Shown piece by piece: positions 19,498-28,152 of a stretch of 64,000 bases of DNA. Positions within the stretch are counted from its first letter, which is position 1; the number at the start of each line of letters is the position of its first letter. The stretch lies in UHGV virus genome UHGV-0212524; one strand, 5' to 3'. The position numbers and the translations under genes are program-made. Under the pieces are notes generated by a model. It was not told where the DNA came from. It saw only the letters and a list, made by a program, of their open reading frames with translations, and did not search any database. This DNA comes from a virus.

Positions 19498-20346
19498 ATG
19501 TCTCTTACGTCAAAACAGAAACTGCTAAAACTCATCAACACTGAAAACAATATTAGTCCACCGTTGACTTTCAGTGATGTTGATATCGGAGAACCTACCG
19601 GTACTGGGGTTGATACCCAGGTGGTTCTGACCTCTAAACTCAAAGGCGATGAGTCTACTACTTTAACAGTGACTTACCACCGTCGTAATTTACCTGACTA
19701 CTTAACCGGTGAGTTGGTATTCGGTAACGACAGTGTGGTAACCGCATCAGATTTGCTTAATGCGATCAACGCAAAATACAGCCTAAATATTTTACCCTCG
19801 GATATCGTTGACGCAAAAGTTGAAGGCGAAACCCATCAGCTTACCGCTAACGAGAAATCTTACGAGTGGTGCGGTGTAGTAACGCTTACGCTGCATGATC
19901 CTATTGACCTGACTGAACTTTTACCAGTTACTCAATTAGAGAATCTGGTAGAGTATCCGTCCACTAAGAAAGGTAACGCTGCGGTTTATTCACACCCGAT
20001 TGATTTCACCGCAGAAAAAGATTACCTTGACCCGATTACTATCAACGACACCGTAGACTTGGTAGAGTTAGCCTCTAAACTGGATGGCGTCGTTGATGAG
20101 AAATGGGTAAGTGTACCTAAGAACGCGGCTAACAACCTGTACGGTGCTAAAGTTATTTACGATGGTCCAACCGCAGGTTACGAAGGCGCAAATACGAAGT
20201 TCACTCGTGTGTTGGTGCTAACGCTCAGCCCGCTGTGTTCTAACCTGACCGGTAACCTGTTAATTCACTTTAACGGTACCGATCGTCCGAAGTCGAAGAT
20301 TGAATTAGCACAGACTAATCCGGTCTTACCGGGATTCTTAGATTAA
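19498..20346 (+). CDS. hypothetical protein, distant paralog family A (282 aa)
   Basis: Segment SDLLNAINAKYSLNILPSDI resembles the ...NLQP.DL... segment of family A. Confidence 0.5.
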   Translation: MSLTSKQKLLKLINTENNISPPLTFSDVDIGEPTGTGVDTQVVLTSKLKGDESTTLTVTYHRRNLPDYLTGELVFGNDSVVTASDLLNAINAKYSLNILPSDIVDAKVEGETHQLTANEKSYEWCGVVTLTLHDPIDLTELLPVTQLENLVEYPSTKKGNAAVYSHPIDFTAEKDYLDPITINDTVDLVELASKLDGVVDEKWVSVPKNAANNLYGAKVIYDGPTAGYEGANTKFTRVLVLTLSPLCSNLTGNLLIHFNGTDRPKSKIELAQTNPVLPGFLD

Positions 20347-20359
20347 GAGGATTACAGTA

Positions 20360-20839
20360 ATGACCAATCAAGAAACTATCTTCGACCTTATTAAAAAGGC
20401 TAACCCGGACGCTGAGTTCGACACCACCAAAGTCACGCTGGGCGATCCGGTTGTGACCACCGGTACTTACAATACCGAAATCACAGTTGCGTCAATTAAG
20501 AATCTCGGTTACACTAACGAACAAACGTTCCAGTATAACCGCATTGACGCAGGTTTGTATTTCCTGAACGTATTACCGAAACTGTTGGTAGAATCTGCAA
20601 CGACTACCGCTGACTTACTGCCCGTCATTAACGAGCAGTACAGCCTAACCCTTACAGAAGACGACGTGTGGGTAGAACAGGTTGGTGAGTTACCGTTGGA
20701 CGGTAGCGCAATCGAACACGGTATTTTCTTCCGTCCTGAGTGTCTGACTTGGGTCGGCGGTTTTACGGTGCGTGTTGCACGTAAACCGGCTGTTGAAACA
20801 CCGCCAGCTAAGCCATCACGCGCTAAGAAGAAAAAATAA
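20360..20839 (+). CDS. hypothetical protein, paralog of the 19498..20346 product (159 aa)
   Basis: ADLLPVINEQYSLTLTEDDV parallels the neighbouring gene; Lys-rich C-terminus. Confidence 0.5.
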   Translation: MTNQETIFDLIKKANPDAEFDTTKVTLGDPVVTTGTYNTEITVASIKNLGYTNEQTFQYNRIDAGLYFLNVLPKLLVESATTTADLLPVINEQYSLTLTEDDVWVEQVGELPLDGSAIEHGIFFRPECLTWVGGFTVRVARKPAVETPPAKPSRAKKKK

Positions 20840-20843
20840 TTAC

Positions 20844-20880
20844 AGGGTGGGGGTAATCCCCACCCTCTTTTCTTTTTTGT
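20844..20880 (+). terminator. rho-independent terminator
   Basis: agggtggggg taat ccccaccct followed by cttttcttttttgt. Confidence 0.75.
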
Positions 20881-20902
20881 GTAAAAGAGGAGTTAAACGA
20901 AA

Positions 20903-21493
20903 ATGGCTGAACGTTGGTCTAAAGAAGGTATCATTGAATCCAAAACCGATTTGGAAGGCGGGTACGTCAACGACCCTGACGACTTAGGTGCAGAAACGAA
21001 CCACGGTATCACGGTAACGACTGCACGTGAGTACGGTTACACAGGGAAGATGAAAGACCTTACCCGTGCACAAGCATTCGATATCTACGATCGCGGTTGG
21101 TGGAAGAAGCTCAAACTTGATGAGATTTTCGCTATCTCACCGTTACTCGCGGACCGGATGTTTGATTTTGGTATTAACGCAGGTCGTGCCAACTGCGTGA
21201 AATCGCTACAGCGTATTCTCAACGTGTTGAACAACGAAGGTAAACTCTACGCGGACATCGATACCGACGGCGGTATGGGGCCTAAAACGCTGGGCGCGTT
21301 GAACGCGTACCTGAAATATCGTAAAGATGAAGGGCTAAGCATTTTAATCTTTGCGTTAATCTCGCACCAAGTAACTTACTACACGGAAATCTCCGAAAAA
21401 CGTAAGAGAAACGAGAAATACACCTACGGTTGGTACGGCCGCGTCTTCAGAGAAATGGCAGATTATGCGGTAAAAGCGGGGTTAGTAAAATGA
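20903..21493 (+). CDS. endolysin, glycoside hydrolase family 108-like with peptidoglycan-binding domain (196 aa)
   Basis: N-terminal LEGGYVNDPDDLGAETNHGIT matches the GH108 signature (EGGY.NDP.D.GG.T..GIT); the C-terminal half resembles the PG_binding_3 type usually fused to GH108. Confidence 0.75.
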   Translation: MAERWSKEGIIESKTDLEGGYVNDPDDLGAETNHGITVTTAREYGYTGKMKDLTRAQAFDIYDRGWWKKLKLDEIFAISPLLADRMFDFGINAGRANCVKSLQRILNVLNNEGKLYADIDTDGGMGPKTLGALNAYLKYRKDEGLSILIFALISHQVTYYTEISEKRKRNEKYTYGWYGRVFREMADYAVKAGLVK

Positions 21494-21594
21494 ACTGGTT
21501 TGCTAAACTCTTAGCGTTATTGTGGAAAGCGTTAACGTCTGGACGGAAACGTAAAGACGAAAAACGTGGACAAGAGTTCTTCTGGTTTTTGTAA
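21490..21594 (+). CDS. possible small amphipathic peptide (34 aa)
   Basis: ATGA overlap with the endolysin stop; MNWFAKLLALLWKALTSGRKRKDEKRG...; below the ORF-track length cutoff. Confidence 0.25.
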   Translation: MNWFAKLLALLWKALTSGRKRKDEKRGQEFFWFL

Positions 21595-21600
21595 GGAAAG

Positions 21601-22275
21601 GTGTGGGTAATGGAAAAGCTTCAATATAAACGTTTAGATAATAAGTGGTTTGTATTAACGGAGGATTACCATTATCCGTTTACGTTACGTGAGATTTATC
21701 ACGACCACGTACACTTAGACCGTGCGGTTTATTTAACCGGTGTATTACCTGACACGCAACTGTGGTTAACCGCTCCGAAAGGGTTCGTTACCGATTTAGC
21801 GTCAATTCCTGAACACTTACAGGGAATTTTCCATCCTGACGGACCGTGGGCACCTGCGGCCTGCATTCACGACTTACTCTATCAAAAATGTAACACGGAG
21901 CGTAGCTATCCCATGACACCGGGTGGTAACGTTTCGCGTATTATCGATAAAGAGTTCTCTGACTTAACATTCCTGCGTATTATGCAGTCGTTGGAAATCT
22001 CGCCGTATATCTGCCAAACATTTTATAAAGCCGTGGCGGGGTTCGGTTGGGATGCTTACGTAGACCCTAACGCGAAGCCGTCTTATACCACTAACGATTA
22101 CCGTACGTTAGATTACAATCGAAACTATTTGTTCGTTCGTGAGTTTAAGGAGCCTGCTATTCCTGACCACGAACGTGTTGATATCACCACAGGTTGTCCC
22201 GTTAATGTCAAATACTTGAACATCAAACGGGCTTTTCTGTCTGGGAGGGAAGATGTTTCATCCAAATCCGAGTAA
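21601..22275 (+). CDS. DUF1353 family protein (224 aa)
   Basis: FVTDLASIPEHL ... ACIHDLLY matches the DUF1353 signature (TD.ASIP ... HD.LY), recalled. Confidence 0.55.
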   Translation: MWVMEKLQYKRLDNKWFVLTEDYHYPFTLREIYHDHVHLDRAVYLTGVLPDTQLWLTAPKGFVTDLASIPEHLQGIFHPDGPWAPAACIHDLLYQKCNTERSYPMTPGGNVSRIIDKEFSDLTFLRIMQSLEISPYICQTFYKAVAGFGWDAYVDPNAKPSYTTNDYRTLDYNRNYLFVREFKEPAIPDHERVDITTGCPVNVKYLNIKRAFLSGREDVSSKSE

Positions 22276-22768
22276 CTTTAAACTCAAAGAGTTAGTACCA
22301 CAATCGTACATCGCCAAATACGGTGATTCTGCAATTCGGTTTATGAACCCGTTGTTAATGATTTCGCTACAACAGATTCGTAACCGTTTCGGCAGAATGG
22401 TGATTAACTCGTCTGCTGCGCAACAGCGTGGCCTAAGAACCTTAGACTTTTTCATCAACCAAGAAAAGCCTAAGGGTGGTAACTATAAACAACGTGCGTT
22501 ACAACTCTACTCTGATTCAGGGAGTCAGCACAAGTTCGGTAATGCATTTGACGCAACACTGTTAGACTCAACGGTAAAACAAGTCCACGACTATATCGCC
22601 GCTAATCCTGACGAATTTCCGTTCATTCACTTTATCGAATGCGACATCAGTTGGTTACATATCGACGTTCGTAACCAACCGAATATCACGTTCTGGTCAC
22701 CGAATCGCGGTACTGTGAAAGTCGTGAAACAAAGCCCTATCGATTGGAGCGCCTTAGTTAAAATCTAA
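22253..22768 (+). CDS. peptidase M15-like zinc peptidase (171 aa)
   Basis: IRNRFGRMVINS, SQHKFGNAFD and WLHIDVR match the S.H..G.A.D and H.D.R zinc-ligand motifs of M15/VanY-type peptidases. Confidence 0.65.
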   Translation: MFHPNPSNFKLKELVPQSYIAKYGDSAIRFMNPLLMISLQQIRNRFGRMVINSSAAQQRGLRTLDFFINQEKPKGGNYKQRALQLYSDSGSQHKFGNAFDATLLDSTVKQVHDYIAANPDEFPFIHFIECDISWLHIDVRNQPNITFWSPNRGTVKVVKQSPIDWSALVKI

Positions 22769-22860
22769 GCGCATAATCCTTAACTTAGGGTGATTGTACA
22801 TTATTTTGTATAAACTGTCTTAGAACGCATTCTAGAGCGTTTTACGGACAAAATAAGCCT

Positions 22861-22883
22861 ACCCTCCTGCTAAGCAGGAGGGT
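22861..22883. terminator. bidirectional terminator between convergent genes
   Basis: accctcctgc taag caggagggt, flanked by T-rich sequence on both strands. Confidence 0.6.
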
Positions 22884-22888
22884 ATTTA

Positions 22889-23368
22889 TTATTCTACCGG
22901 GTGCAACATAGTGCCGGTATCCGGAATGCTGCCTTCGTGACATCTGAAGAACGTTACACCTTTACCTTCACCCGTTTTGTAGTTGACGGTAGAATACGCA
23001 AACGTTGGGGTTTTCGACAGTAACCCGTTTACACGGTAATAGCGCTCACCGGTAACAACGTTTAAGTTACCGTCCACCTTGCCTAACAGGTCTTTATAAA
23101 GTTGCGGAGATTCAATTTTACCTTCGTCCCATGTAGCGACCCAATTCGCCCCTGTATCCATGACTAACACCGAAAGGGGCATCAGTTTTAGGCTAGACGG
23201 TACCGGTTTAAAATCGTCGAATTCTTGAGAAGCAGCTGTACAGGTGTAAATGACCATATCGTGTTGGTCAACAGGTACGGTGGAGAACTGACCTTCTGCG
23301 TTCGGCTGAATAGCACAACTTGCCAATGTCATTACAAAAGCAACGACCACGAGAATGCGTTTTAGCAT
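22889..23368 (-). CDS. lipoprotein (about 159 aa from internal ATG)
   Basis: MLKRILVVVAFVMTLASC gives a signal peptide with lipobox L-A-S-C; track ORF extends to 23428. Confidence 0.6.
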   Translation of the reverse strand: MLKRILVVVAFVMTLASCAIQPNAEGQFSTVPVDQHDMVIYTCTAASQEFDDFKPVPSSLKLMPLSVLVMDTGANWVATWDEGKIESPQLYKDLLGKVDGNLNVVTGERYYRVNGLLSKTPTFAYSTVNYKTGEGKGVTFFRCHEGSIPDTGTMLHPVE

Positions 23369-23506
23369 AATCTCACCCTTATTAAAATTAAGAAAAATTA
23401 ATTTTTTCAGGTTAGCGCCTACTGCCAACCGTCATATCTATATTTTAGGAAATGTCTAAAATAACATTCTTATGCAATCCACCCCTACCACTTACGAGGT
23501 AAAAAG

Positions 23507-24043
23507 ATGGCTAAAACCTTCAAACTGCAGTTCGTCGAAGCTGTAATTGCTAAAAACCCAGGAACCGCTTCTAATCTGACGGTTGATGATGTCGATTTTG
23601 GTGCTGTCGAAGCGCACAGCGGTACCGGTGGTCGTAACACCAAAATTACGCTGACCGCCAAGGCAGAAAGCCAGAACTTCAAAGGCGAGAAAGAATTCCA
23701 CTACATTCGTCTGGCTTCTCAAGACCTGATCGGTGCCAAAGCTTACGAAAAAGCCGGTAGCCTCGATCTGGAAAACTCTGCCATTGTAACCAAACTGAAC
23801 GAAGAAATGGTTACTAAAGGTTATGTCGATGACTATTTCGCTGAAAGCGAACTGACCATTGAGAAAACTGACGGGGATAGTGGTGCTAAAGTTTACACTG
23901 TCAAAGTAAACGATGCACACATTAAATTCCTGGCTGGTACTATTGCCACCTTCACTTATTCCAACCCAGCTCCTGAGAAGGTAGCGCTGAGCGGTCTGGA
24001 AGGTGAACTTGATGGCTTCACTGCACCGGGTGTCGGTGGCTAA
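23507..24043 (+). CDS. hypothetical protein, paralog family B (178 aa)
   Basis: Paralog of the next gene (both contain NFKGE and end in DGELDGFTA); codon usage visibly biased (ctg/ggt/acc). Confidence 0.6.
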   Translation: MAKTFKLQFVEAVIAKNPGTASNLTVDDVDFGAVEAHSGTGGRNTKITLTAKAESQNFKGEKEFHYIRLASQDLIGAKAYEKAGSLDLENSAIVTKLNEEMVTKGYVDDYFAESELTIEKTDGDSGAKVYTVKVNDAHIKFLAGTIATFTYSNPAPEKVALSGLEGELDGFTAPGVGG

Positions 24044-24052
24044 GTAAGTTAA

Positions 24053-24078
24053 ATCGGGGGGGGTGACCTCCCCCGATA
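24053..24078 (+). terminator. hairpin, weak terminator
   Basis: atcgggggg / cccccgat inverted repeat with a G8 run; poor T-tract. Confidence 0.35.
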
Positions 24079-24112
24079 TTTCTCTAACTTGTTCTATTAA
24101 GGACCTAAGATA

Positions 24113-24643
24113 ATGGCCGCTACTAACCAGATGATGTTGGTCGCGCTTTATAATGCTGCTAACGCTGAGCTACCGCATCAGATTACAGATAAAGAAGTGT
24201 CCTTTGGTCTCCCTACTGCGCTGGAAGGCGAAAGTAAGAATACCAAAGTTACCATGACCGCACTACCGGGTTCTGAGAATTTCAAAGGCGAAATCGAACT
24301 GCATTACGATCGTCTGGAGCCGGGTGTTGTAGGACGGATTGAACTAACTGACGATCTGTCTCGTTGGGTTCAAGAAAATGAACTCCGCGCTTGGTTACAG
24401 CTATACATCAACAAAGTAAAACCTGACGACGCTATCGCGCCAGGTGACGTTGTGTACAGCACCGAAGACCAGAAAGACGAACATGAAAACGTCACTCTGC
24501 GTACCGTGACATGCACCGTTACTGAACAGAACCTCCGTTATAAACCGGGTGTAATGGCAACTTTCGTAATTACACCGAAGGTAGTCGATAATCGTATTGA
24601 CCTGGCCACCACCGACGGTGAATTGGACGGTTTTACTGCTTAA
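24113..24643 (+). CDS. hypothetical protein, paralog family B (176 aa)
   Basis: Paralog of the 23507..24043 product. Confidence 0.6.
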   Translation: MAATNQMMLVALYNAANAELPHQITDKEVSFGLPTALEGESKNTKVTMTALPGSENFKGEIELHYDRLEPGVVGRIELTDDLSRWVQENELRAWLQLYINKVKPDDAIAPGDVVYSTEDQKDEHENVTLRTVTCTVTEQNLRYKPGVMATFVITPKVVDNRIDLATTDGELDGFTA

Positions 24644-24680
24644 CCGCTAAGTCAACTACTATAACAAAAAATAATAAGTT

Positions 24681-24716
24681 TACCTACCTCCTTTACGGAG
24701 GTAGGTATTTTTTATT
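24681..24716. terminator. bidirectional terminator
   Basis: tacctacctcc tttac ggaggtaggta followed by ttttttatt; abuts the stop of the convergent minus-strand gene. Confidence 0.7.
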
Positions 24717-25386
24717 CTAATCCCATTTCCAGCGCAAGTGCACGGATCGTGTCGTAGTCACGCTGTTCGGCGTACTGACGAATTTCACTTTTCTGGGCAG
24801 ACATCGCGTTGTGTAGCTGTTGGTCACGTTTCACAATAGCCGCCATTAACGCTTTACATTGCTCCAGCGTAAACGGTTCTATACGTGTATTCGACGTGTC
24901 CAGCCAATAATCCGGTGCAGTTTCAGACTGGATATATTGACCCAGCATCTGACGAGAGGTTTCATCCGCTTGGAAATGATGGCCGTCAACTTCGATATAA
25001 CCGTGACGCTGGTCTTCGTATCGGTGTTCAATTTCCAACATGATTTTCTGGATATCTAAATAGATATAGCGAGACGTCGAGCGCATATTCGAACGAATCT
25101 CGTCCAGGTTAATCTCCAGAACGTCAGTAATGAATTCTTTTGCTTTGTTCAGTGTAAACTTCGCCTCAATAGGAGACATTTCGTAAGTTTGCATCTGAGC
25201 TAAAGCTTCTTCATCACTCATCCCTTCAATCAACTTATAGTGCAGTAATGCACAGAACCCCGTACGACCACGGTCTTCGTTACCTACACGTTCCATGTAG
25301 TTACCGTGGCGGTCAATTGGCAGATCGTGCGCGAAATAACGCGCCCGAATCTCTTCTTTCGTTAAGCTTTTGTTAGAAGCAGACAT
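24712..25386 (-). CDS. hypothetical protein, last gene of the radical-SAM cluster (224 aa)
   Basis: Intact ORF; overlaps the upstream gene by about 25 nt; no motif recognised. Confidence 0.55.
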   Translation of the reverse strand: MSASNKSLTKEEIRARYFAHDLPIDRHGNYMERVGNEDRGRTGFCALLHYKLIEGMSDEEALAQMQTYEMSPIEAKFTLNKAKEFITDVLEINLDEIRSNMRSTSRYIYLDIQKIMLEIEHRYEDQRHGYIEVDGHHFQADETSRQMLGQYIQSETAPDYWLDTSNTRIEPFTLEQCKALMAAIVKRDQQLHNAMSAQKSEIRQYAEQRDYDTIRALALEMGLE

Positions 25387-25952
25387 TCTTCTTCTCCAAC
25401 CATACCTAATTCTTGCAGCAAGCCAAAATCAACCAACTGGAAGGTTTCAGAGAGATCGTTTGACCACACCACGTTTGCAATGTCGCGTTCTTCATCCGTT
25501 AACTGTGGTAACACATTTTCGTTGAACGTCTGATGCTCTACGTAATAAGCATCGTAGATAGACGTAGAACGCAAGCAACGGATTGGCAGACGCGGGAAAG
25601 ACACCGCTAATGCAGCAATAGATGCGCTACTCGGATTCTCCGCAGAATAACGAAGCAATTCGATCTTGTGGCGTGGGTAATCCAGTACGCGTTGTTCGAA
25701 ACCCGGATTACGTTTTTCGATTTCCACAACGGACTCATGGCCTGTCTCTGTACAGTAAACGGGAATCATCACGTTTAGCCCGTACTTAATCAACAGAGGT
25801 TTAATCTCATCTGTAAAGTCTTCACCAGGGATAATGGCGTGAACGTTATAGAGTTTGTGTTTGCGCAGAAAACGCTCAACCAGGTGGAGTTTACGCTTCG
25901 TAAAATTGTGGATCAGAATTGATTTCATTATTTGCCTCAGTAGGTTGTGCAT
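25362..25952 (-). CDS. hypothetical protein in the radical-SAM cluster (196 aa)
   Basis: Intact ORF overlapping both neighbours (start may be the internal Met at 25928). Confidence 0.5.
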   Translation of the reverse strand: MHNLLRQIMKSILIHNFTKRKLHLVERFLRKHKLYNVHAIIPGEDFTDEIKPLLIKYGLNVMIPVYCTETGHESVVEIEKRNPGFEQRVLDYPRHKIELLRYSAENPSSASIAALAVSFPRLPIRCLRSTSIYDAYYVEHQTFNENVLPQLTDEERDIANVVWSNDLSETFQLVDFGLLQELGMVGEEECLLLTKA

Positions 25953-27225
25953 TTAACGCACGTTTAGCTTGCTCACGCTCACGCGTACATTTCGGACAGT
26001 AACAAACAGACGAATCGTGCAGTGACGATGCGTGGACGGTGCCTGTACGTTGACGCCAGTATTCTGCCGCCATCAGTTTTGCGGTCGTCCAACCACATTG
26101 ACGTCGTTCAGCGTGGTACGCCTTACGGTCTTCCAGTGTCCCTTCACCGTTTTCGTAGGAAGCAGCTGCACAGCTCCCACAACCGTGTTTCATCGGACAA
26201 CCTAAGCACGTTTCAGGATAGTTGGTGTATTGCGTCTGAATCTCTTCCAGCAGTTTCCCGCCGTCTAAGCTAACAAACTCACGACCGACTAACTCAAACA
26301 CCGCAGAGCGTGACGTTACCGTTGACATGAATCGGTTACAACCATACACCTTACGGTCAAAACCTAAACAAGTCATAAACGTCAACGTCCCACAGAACGG
26401 ACGTAAACGTTCAGGGTTATAACGGTGCGTGTCGTCGTACAGCAGTTTATCACGCCAATCTGGGTCCCAAATCTGACGGAAATCCAGACCTTCAGGAATG
26501 ATGTGGGACAACACGTTACGTGGATTGGTGTGCAGCCCTTTCTCAATCCAATAATCCATCACCTCGATCATCTGCAACGCAATATCCGTTGCCATGCTCC
26601 GTGGAAGGATATCTTCGTACGTCACGTTACCCGAAATCGTACCACCACCCGCAATATCGATTAACGACTTCATACTCGCCGCGTAATGCGGGAGGGTTTC
26701 GGTTGTAAAGGTTGCCTTGATACCCAGTTCAGCAATACCCACTTCTTTTAAGTAGTTATAGCCACGAACAGCGGCTTCGTAAGAACCCTGACGCGTCGTG
26801 GTAAAGATACGATAACGGTCATGGACTTCTGGCAGCCCGTCGATAGACACACCGATGGAGAGTTTGTCTTTCCAACGCTCGACGATCTCACGGTTTAACG
26901 GACGGTCTAACAACGTCCCGTTCGTGGAGATACTGAACATATACGGTCGATTATGCTCCTTACACAACTGTTCTGCGGTTTCAAACGCCGCTAACAGCAG
27001 TTTCGGTTGCATAAAAGGTTCGCCGCCGATGATATCAATAATGACGTCGATGTTCGGAATATCTTTATCACGCTCAAAACAGGCGTGTAAGAAATCCACG
27101 ATATCCGCCGCTTTGTTATTACGCGGATACTTACGTTCGTAACAATACTCACAGTCTAAGTTACAAGACAGGTTCGTTACCACCTGGTAAGTACGTTGTG
27201 AACGTGGTGCTTCATTATTGCTCAT
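25891..27225 (-). CDS. radical SAM enzyme with SPASM-like C-terminal Cys-rich domain (444 aa)
   Basis: N-terminal CNLDCEYC (CxxxCxxC binding site for the SAM-cleaving 4Fe-4S cluster); C-terminal cysteines (CLGCPMKHGCGSC ... CYCPKC) typical of auxiliary-cluster SPASM/twitch domains. Confidence 0.8.
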   Translation of the reverse strand: MSNNEAPRSQRTYQVVTNLSCNLDCEYCYERKYPRNNKAADIVDFLHACFERDKDIPNIDVIIDIIGGEPFMQPKLLLAAFETAEQLCKEHNRPYMFSISTNGTLLDRPLNREIVERWKDKLSIGVSIDGLPEVHDRYRIFTTTRQGSYEAAVRGYNYLKEVGIAELGIKATFTTETLPHYAASMKSLIDIAGGGTISGNVTYEDILPRSMATDIALQMIEVMDYWIEKGLHTNPRNVLSHIIPEGLDFRQIWDPDWRDKLLYDDTHRYNPERLRPFCGTLTFMTCLGFDRKVYGCNRFMSTVTSRSAVFELVGREFVSLDGGKLLEEIQTQYTNYPETCLGCPMKHGCGSCAAASYENGEGTLEDRKAYHAERRQCGWTTAKLMAAEYWRQRTGTVHASSLHDSSVCYCPKCTREREQAKRALNAQPTEANNEINSDPQFYEA

Positions 27226-28132
27226 CTTTGCTTATCCTTTTACGCTCTGCATAAATCACGCGTTTAATGTACTCGTAAGCACCTACCCCGATAGAGCAAG
27301 CAAGCTGATTGCACCCACCGTTTAAGATAGCCGGTGCATTCTGAAGCTGATGTTCTGTTCCATCTGCGTTCAAATACAACTCTTCGCTACAGACATTACA
27401 CTCGTTTTCGAAAATCTTGCTGACAGACACGCCGCACGATTCTCCGGTTTGGACGTTCAGCCGTTCCATATTCTCCTGAATCTTTAAATAACCATAAACG
27501 AAGTTCATGATGTGATCGGGAGACAACGGTTTTGGCATTTGGGCATCAAACATCAGAGAAAACGCACGGGGACGATAGTGGTACATCGCACGATGTAAAT
27601 CCACAATATCTTCATACCAGCGCTTATCGGCTAACTGGTCACGCGTAATCACAGCCCAGGTTTGGAAGTTATCGAGTTCGTATAACGCTTCCAGTGCTTC
27701 GTGGCTATCCTCTTCAATAAAGCGCATAAAAGGGCGCTCAGAACGTTTGTAGCCATCAATTGATACAAACACATGCTCAAAGTCTTTTAGCAGCGTAAGA
27801 TGCGATTTACGCAGTTTTAAGCCGTTGGTATACAAGTGATGCTCAAGGTGCGGATGAGACACTTTCAGTTCGTTAACGAAATCCTCAATCTTACGTTGGA
27901 CGAGTAGCGGTTCACCACCCGTCCAATGTATTTCCTTAATAGCTGGATTCTCTTGTAGTAATTCCAGGATACGTTCGCGTTGAAAAGCACGAGACGAATC
28001 TTCACGATTCATGTAGTAGGCTCCACCGCAGAAACTACAGTCTAGGTTACACTTAGACGTCGTAACTACGGACAATATAGTGGGTTTATCGTACAACTTC
28101 GTCGAGATCCTGGATTCCACATTGTCTATCAT
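27215..28132 (-). CDS. radical SAM enzyme (305 aa)
   Basis: TSKCNLDCSFCGG (CxxxCxxC) and GGEPLL glycine-rich motif; C-terminal cysteines (CNVCSEE, GGCNQLAC); 11-nt overlap with the downstream radical SAM gene. Confidence 0.75.
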   Translation of the reverse strand: MIDNVESRISTKLYDKPTILSVVTTSKCNLDCSFCGGAYYMNREDSSRAFQRERILELLQENPAIKEIHWTGGEPLLVQRKIEDFVNELKVSHPHLEHHLYTNGLKLRKSHLTLLKDFEHVFVSIDGYKRSERPFMRFIEEDSHEALEALYELDNFQTWAVITRDQLADKRWYEDIVDLHRAMYHYRPRAFSLMFDAQMPKPLSPDHIMNFVYGYLKIQENMERLNVQTGESCGVSVSKIFENECNVCSEELYLNADGTEHQLQNAPAILNGGCNQLACSIGVGAYEYIKRVIYAERKRISKDEQ

Positions 28133-28152
28133 TGCAGGTTGCTCCAGTATTT

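Noticed and set aside
20772-20987. 71-aa ORF spanning the terminator between gene 20360..20839 and the endolysin
   Set aside because: It reads through a strong terminator and overlaps two well-supported genes in another frame; judged spurious.
25891-27225. Calling the 444-aa enzyme a sulfatase-maturating enzyme (anSME)
   Set aside because: The fold class is similar, but no sulfatase gene is present and the neighbouring peptides lack the C/S-x-P/A-x-R sulfatase motif; a peptide maturase is the better fit to context. Kept as a generic radical SAM/SPASM call.
25891-28132. Radical SAM genes as QueE (7-deazaguanine DNA modification) or NrdG (anaerobic RNR activase)
   Set aside because: No QueC/QueD/FolE/DpdA or NrdD partners in the window; sizes and the Cys-rich C-terminus do not fit NrdG, and the CxxxCxxC spacing is the classical type.
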